NCBI GenBank assembly: GCA_021399345.1 | Contig: JAAFKI010000045.1 | Location: forward strand, 1 to 64,000 | DNA: 64,000 nucleotides | From: Candidatus Heimdallarchaeota archaeon | GTDB lineage: Archaea; Asgardarchaeota; Heimdallarchaeia; Heimdallarchaeales; Heimdallarchaeaceae | Direction of reading: 5' to 3' | Shown here: positions 60,772 to 64,000 of the stretch, one piece after another | Numbering within the stretch: position 1 is the first letter of the stretch | How the letters are laid out: each line of letters begins with the position of its first letter | Position numbers and translations under genes: made by a program | The notes under the pieces: model-generated | Seen by the model: only the letters and a program-made list of their open reading frames with translations | Databases searched by the model: none | What the model was told of the DNA's origin: nothing

Positions 60772-62181
60772 TCACTGCTTAATATGTACAAAAGATTGTG
60801 CCTTCAATCCTATTGACTGAATTTGCAGTCTAGCATTATCAACTTCATGTGCATATTGTTGGTCTCCTCCAACAAAAAATCCATGAACACCACCTTGAAA
60901 CTTATCCTTTACTACAATGAATCCTAAGCCACACCCATTTCTCTTATCATCACAATAAACTACATATGAATTTTCTTTTGTTAGTTTGAGATCAAGATTA
61001 AGATGTGATACAGCGTAATTTGGGACTTGATGTACAATACTAGTATTAGAACAATAGGGGCATTTTGGTGAATAGAAACCTTTTAACCTTTTCTTAGCTT
61101 CATTGAAAACTTTAGTAAACCAGTATCCAGATGATGTCTTCAATAAACCGCTCATTTCAAGATTTGAAATAGAACTTAATTGTGGAAGTGCAGATAATTC
61201 TTCAATTGTGGCAACTTCTAGAAGCAACCTAAAACCCTTGGTTGTTGTCTTTATGACTATTGGATGTTCAAAATGATCCTCTACAAATTTGTTATCTTTA
61301 GGAACATAAGGATTCATGTAACTTTTATCCTTATCAATTATTGAAATATTGAAGAATATAGCTTTAACTGTAGTTGGGAACTTATCTATTTTTGTCCCAA
61401 AATGATAAACTGCAAAGTCCATAAGTTTGGGATGAACACTGTCATCTGGTTCATCTACAACAAAAACCATCATTTGATCATTTTGAGTAAGAGTGAGAGC
61501 TAATGGTGGAAGAGTAGGTTTATCTAAATGGACAGATTTCATTATTCCAATTCTTCTAGATGCCAATACTTCTTCTATTTCAGTTATTGCTTGTTTGATA
61601 TGGATCTCTGGTTCATGATCAATTGGTTCTGAAACCTCATATCCTTGATCCATTAACGATAGTTTAAAATCCTCATTCCAGAATTCCTGTAGCCAATCCC
61701 AAGGAAGATAAACTACGTTCTTCTTCTTATACCATGTTTTAGATTCTCTAGCATCCCCATCAAAATAATAGTAAAGCGGATGATTTCTAGAAGATTTTTC
61801 CATTATAATAACAGGAACAGCTTTCATTCCTTTGAATTTGTCACAATAAATTGGATCCATTCCTGAATTTAAAGATAAAACACAGCTTAATAGCTTTAGA
61901 GCTGGTTCTTGAAGTTTAGCTTCAATTTGATCATCTGTTCCTTTAAATGGATCAGATGCTTCTCCACTTCTAGCGCGAATAGTTAAGAGTAAATCATCTT
62001 TGTACGCACACATGATTACTCTCTTGTAGCTTTCATAAAAATCAACGTTTCTTGTATAAATATTACACATCTCAACAGTAAAGCCTTTGTCTTGAAGATA
62101 TGCTTCAACGAGCTTCATAAAATTTGTTTTAAACAAGCTCATGGAGGTATATCTGTAATTGTTACAGATAAAGTTTATCAT
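60772..62181 (-). CDS. Hypothetical protein with C-terminal Zn ribbon
   Basis: 469-aa ORF; CPYC...CDDKRNGC. Confidence 0.65.
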   Translation of the reverse strand: MINFICNNYRYTSMSLFKTNFMKLVEAYLQDKGFTVEMCNIYTRNVDFYESYKRVIMCAYKDDLLLTIRARSGEASDPFKGTDDQIEAKLQEPALKLLSCVLSLNSGMDPIYCDKFKGMKAVPVIIMEKSSRNHPLYYYFDGDARESKTWYKKKNVVYLPWDWLQEFWNEDFKLSLMDQGYEVSEPIDHEPEIHIKQAITEIEEVLASRRIGIMKSVHLDKPTLPPLALTLTQNDQMMVFVVDEPDDSVHPKLMDFAVYHFGTKIDKFPTTVKAIFFNISIIDKDKSYMNPYVPKDNKFVEDHFEHPIVIKTTTKGFRLLLEVATIEELSALPQLSSISNLEMSGLLKTSSGYWFTKVFNEAKKRLKGFYSPKCPYCSNTSIVHQVPNYAVSHLNLDLKLTKENSYVVYCDDKRNGCGLGFIVVKDKFQGGVHGFFVGGDQQYAHEVDNARLQIQSIGLKAQSFVHIKQ

Positions 62182-62183
62182 TA

Positions 62184-62738
62184 CTATGTTTGTTTCTTAC
62201 CAAAGAGAGCTGTTAATAGTTCCTCTGTTATCTCAATAGTATTTGATCTTGATTCTTCAACATCCAGTTCGATAAATTCGCAGATATTTTTTGGATGAAC
62301 TATAACACAAAGCTTGTTTTCATCTTTCTTGACTGAAAAAGGATAAAGCTGACATGTCAGTGGTTTGAATTTATGTACTTTACACAAACCTTTCTCATCA
62401 ACAAAAACACACTCATTCACAAATGGTTTTTTTCTTAAGATGTAAGCTTTAATAAAACCATTTTTTTCAAGGTTTTTGTTTGCGATAAGAACAGGACTTA
62501 ATTCTTCTAACATCTGATCAATTTCAATGCCATGATCTTGCATAAGTCTAATATCTGGTTCAGTTACTGGAATGTTATTCAACCTACAACATTCAGTACA
62601 GCTTGTACATTCAAAATAGATATGTCTAACTACATCAATTTCACCATGTTCATTCACAGTAGCAATTATAGTTCCACTAATATCCATTTTTTTCCTGAAT
62701 TGACCAAAAAGCTGAACATAAAAAGCTTGTCTATTCAT
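62184..62738 (-). CDS. YkgJ family Cys-cluster (putative Fe-S/Zn) protein
   Basis: FECTSCTECC...CVF...CKVH..KPLTCQLYPF. Confidence 0.85.
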   Translation of the reverse strand: MNRQAFYVQLFGQFRKKMDISGTIIATVNEHGEIDVVRHIYFECTSCTECCRLNNIPVTEPDIRLMQDHGIEIDQMLEELSPVLIANKNLEKNGFIKAYILRKKPFVNECVFVDEKGLCKVHKFKPLTCQLYPFSVKKDENKLCVIVHPKNICEFIELDVEESRSNTIEITEELLTALFGKKQT

Positions 62739-62907
62739 GGTCTAGTATATTTCAAATTCTAAAAACACATAACATACACTGAATCAAGTAAAATGTGAGT
62801 ATGGTTACCCGTGAATGGATAAGGCGTTATTTATGCAATCTTTTGTAACTTCAGAGATTTTAAATACTTTCACGCACATAGTAATAGATGGAAATTAATT
62901 TTTCAAA

Positions 62908-63330
62908 GTGATTTTAATGAGTGAAATGAATGAAATGATTAAAATGTTGGCTGATGCTTCTGAGGAGCAAAGACAACAAATGTTAACTCAAAGGTTGAAA
63001 ATGATTGCAGGGCAACCAGAAGAACAAAGAGTTAAATCTCTAGCGGGCCTGATAACAGCTGTTACAGAACTGAAAGAGAAGAAAATGAAACCTTTTATTG
63101 CAACACGAACAAAAATACTTATGGGATTAAGCCCAGAAGAGAAGGAAGCTCTTCTTCTAGGACGTATGAAAGCTGGTAAAATGGTTGGAGACAAAATTCA
63201 TATGACAGACATGAAAGTAACACTAGAAGTTGCTAAACAAATGGGTGAAGAAAAACTCAAAATGCTAACTGGTCTTATGAAGCAAATTGCAGAGAAGCAT
63301 GGGTTACCTACTCCTGAGTTCGGTTATTGA
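62908..63330 (+). CDS. Small Met-rich helical hypothetical protein
   Basis: 140-aa ORF with repeated (S/P)EEQR-type helices; T-rich terminator-like tract downstream. Confidence 0.65.
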   Translation: MILMSEMNEMIKMLADASEEQRQQMLTQRLKMIAGQPEEQRVKSLAGLITAVTELKEKKMKPFIATRTKILMGLSPEEKEALLLGRMKAGKMVGDKIHMTDMKVTLEVAKQMGEEKLKMLTGLMKQIAEKHGLPTPEFGY

Positions 63331-63433
63331 TCTGAAGAAGTAGATAATTAATATCTATTCTTTCTCTCTATCTTTTTCTCAAAGATTCGGAGTTAGAAAA
63401 AATTGTTTTATGTTTAAATTAAGGATGATTAAA

Positions 63434-64000
63434 ATGATGGAAAATATATTCAAAAGGTACAAAGAAATTCTCTTTTTTGGTTTTTCTCTTGTGCTTATTT
63501 CATTGGGATTGGGGATTTGGAGAACTATAAATGAAGCTACAATACAAGGTACAGTAGTAGAAATAGTATTGAAAAGATTCTTAGAAATAATCCCACTATT
63601 AGGTTTAGGGTTTCTGAAGCTAGGAATTGGTTTTGCCATTGTAACTATTGTAAAAAGTATTAAATCTACAGGAGAAAATGCAACTGGAAGTTTCAAGAAA
63701 GCAGGCTTAAAATTAGAAAACTATAAAGCACCATTCTTTGCTAAGAGTTTCCCAATTATGCTAATTGCAGGAATACTCTCTGAATTAGTTGCAGCAGTTT
63801 TAATGATATTTTGGATAATAGCTGGTGTTAATGGTAATGAATTTGCTAATCATATATATGAAATAATTACTGTTCCAATTGAAGGATTGGGTGTTGCTTT
63901 ACTGATAGGAGGTATAGCTTTTGGTTTAACCACTATAGTGCTCAATTTGGGTGTTCAAGTTAATGAATTACCTAAAAGACTGAAAGCACTGGTTAAAGGA
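63434..64000 (+). CDS. Membrane protein (3'-partial; absent from the ORF track)
   Basis: Open frame MMENIFKRYKEILFFGFSLVLISLGLGIW...GIAFGLTTIVLNLG to the window end; about 4 TMs. Confidence 0.7.
   Translation, partial: MMENIFKRYKEILFFGFSLVLISLGLGIWRTINEATIQGTVVEIVLKRFLEIIPLLGLGFLKLGIGFAIVTIVKSIKSTGENATGSFKKAGLKLENYKAPFFAKSFPIMLIAGILSELVAAVLMIFWIIAGVNGNEFANHIYEIITVPIEGLGVALLIGGIAFGLTTIVLNLGVQVNELPKRLKALVKG

Noticed and set aside
1147-63696. Many short antisense or alternate-frame ORFs in the track (e.g. 1147-1473, 20347-20868, 22583-22867, 24147-24566, 49977-50393, 63379-63696)
   Set aside because: They lie within longer, motif-supported genes and show no recognisable motifs; treated as shadow ORFs

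Overview
AT-rich chromosomal window from an archaeon, most likely Asgard/Heimdallarchaeia. This is an inference from archaeal TATA/leaderless gene starts, GGTGA-type RBSs, type II MetAP, the HMGCS-thiolase-DUF35 cluster, two MglA/Arf-like GTPases, long coiled-coil proteins and several surface proteins with a C-terminal TM+basic anchor. Housekeeping and metabolic genes include rocD, bacterial-type gap, map, dnaJ-dnaK with a distant grpE, psd-pssA, hxlB/PHI and the mevalonate entry cluster. I found no rRNA, tRNA, CRISPR array or transposase. The most notable unexplained features are: (1) a tightly coupled operon of a STAND-like ATPase with SNAP/TPR-like repeats, a 485-aa coiled coil and a 1260-aa TrmB split by about 1000 aa of helix; (2) an array of TTCGAA palindromes with 8-9-bp period in front of a catalytically degenerate AAA+/wHTH gene; (3) a subtilase with eukaryotic Site-1-protease-like architecture next to psd-pssA; (4) two unannotated structured ncRNA candidates, one H/ACA-like; (5) a thiolase that has lost its canonical catalytic residues; (6) a chromosomal ParM-like actin near an MglA-like GTPase. 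All family assignments come from motif recognition by eye, not from database searches.
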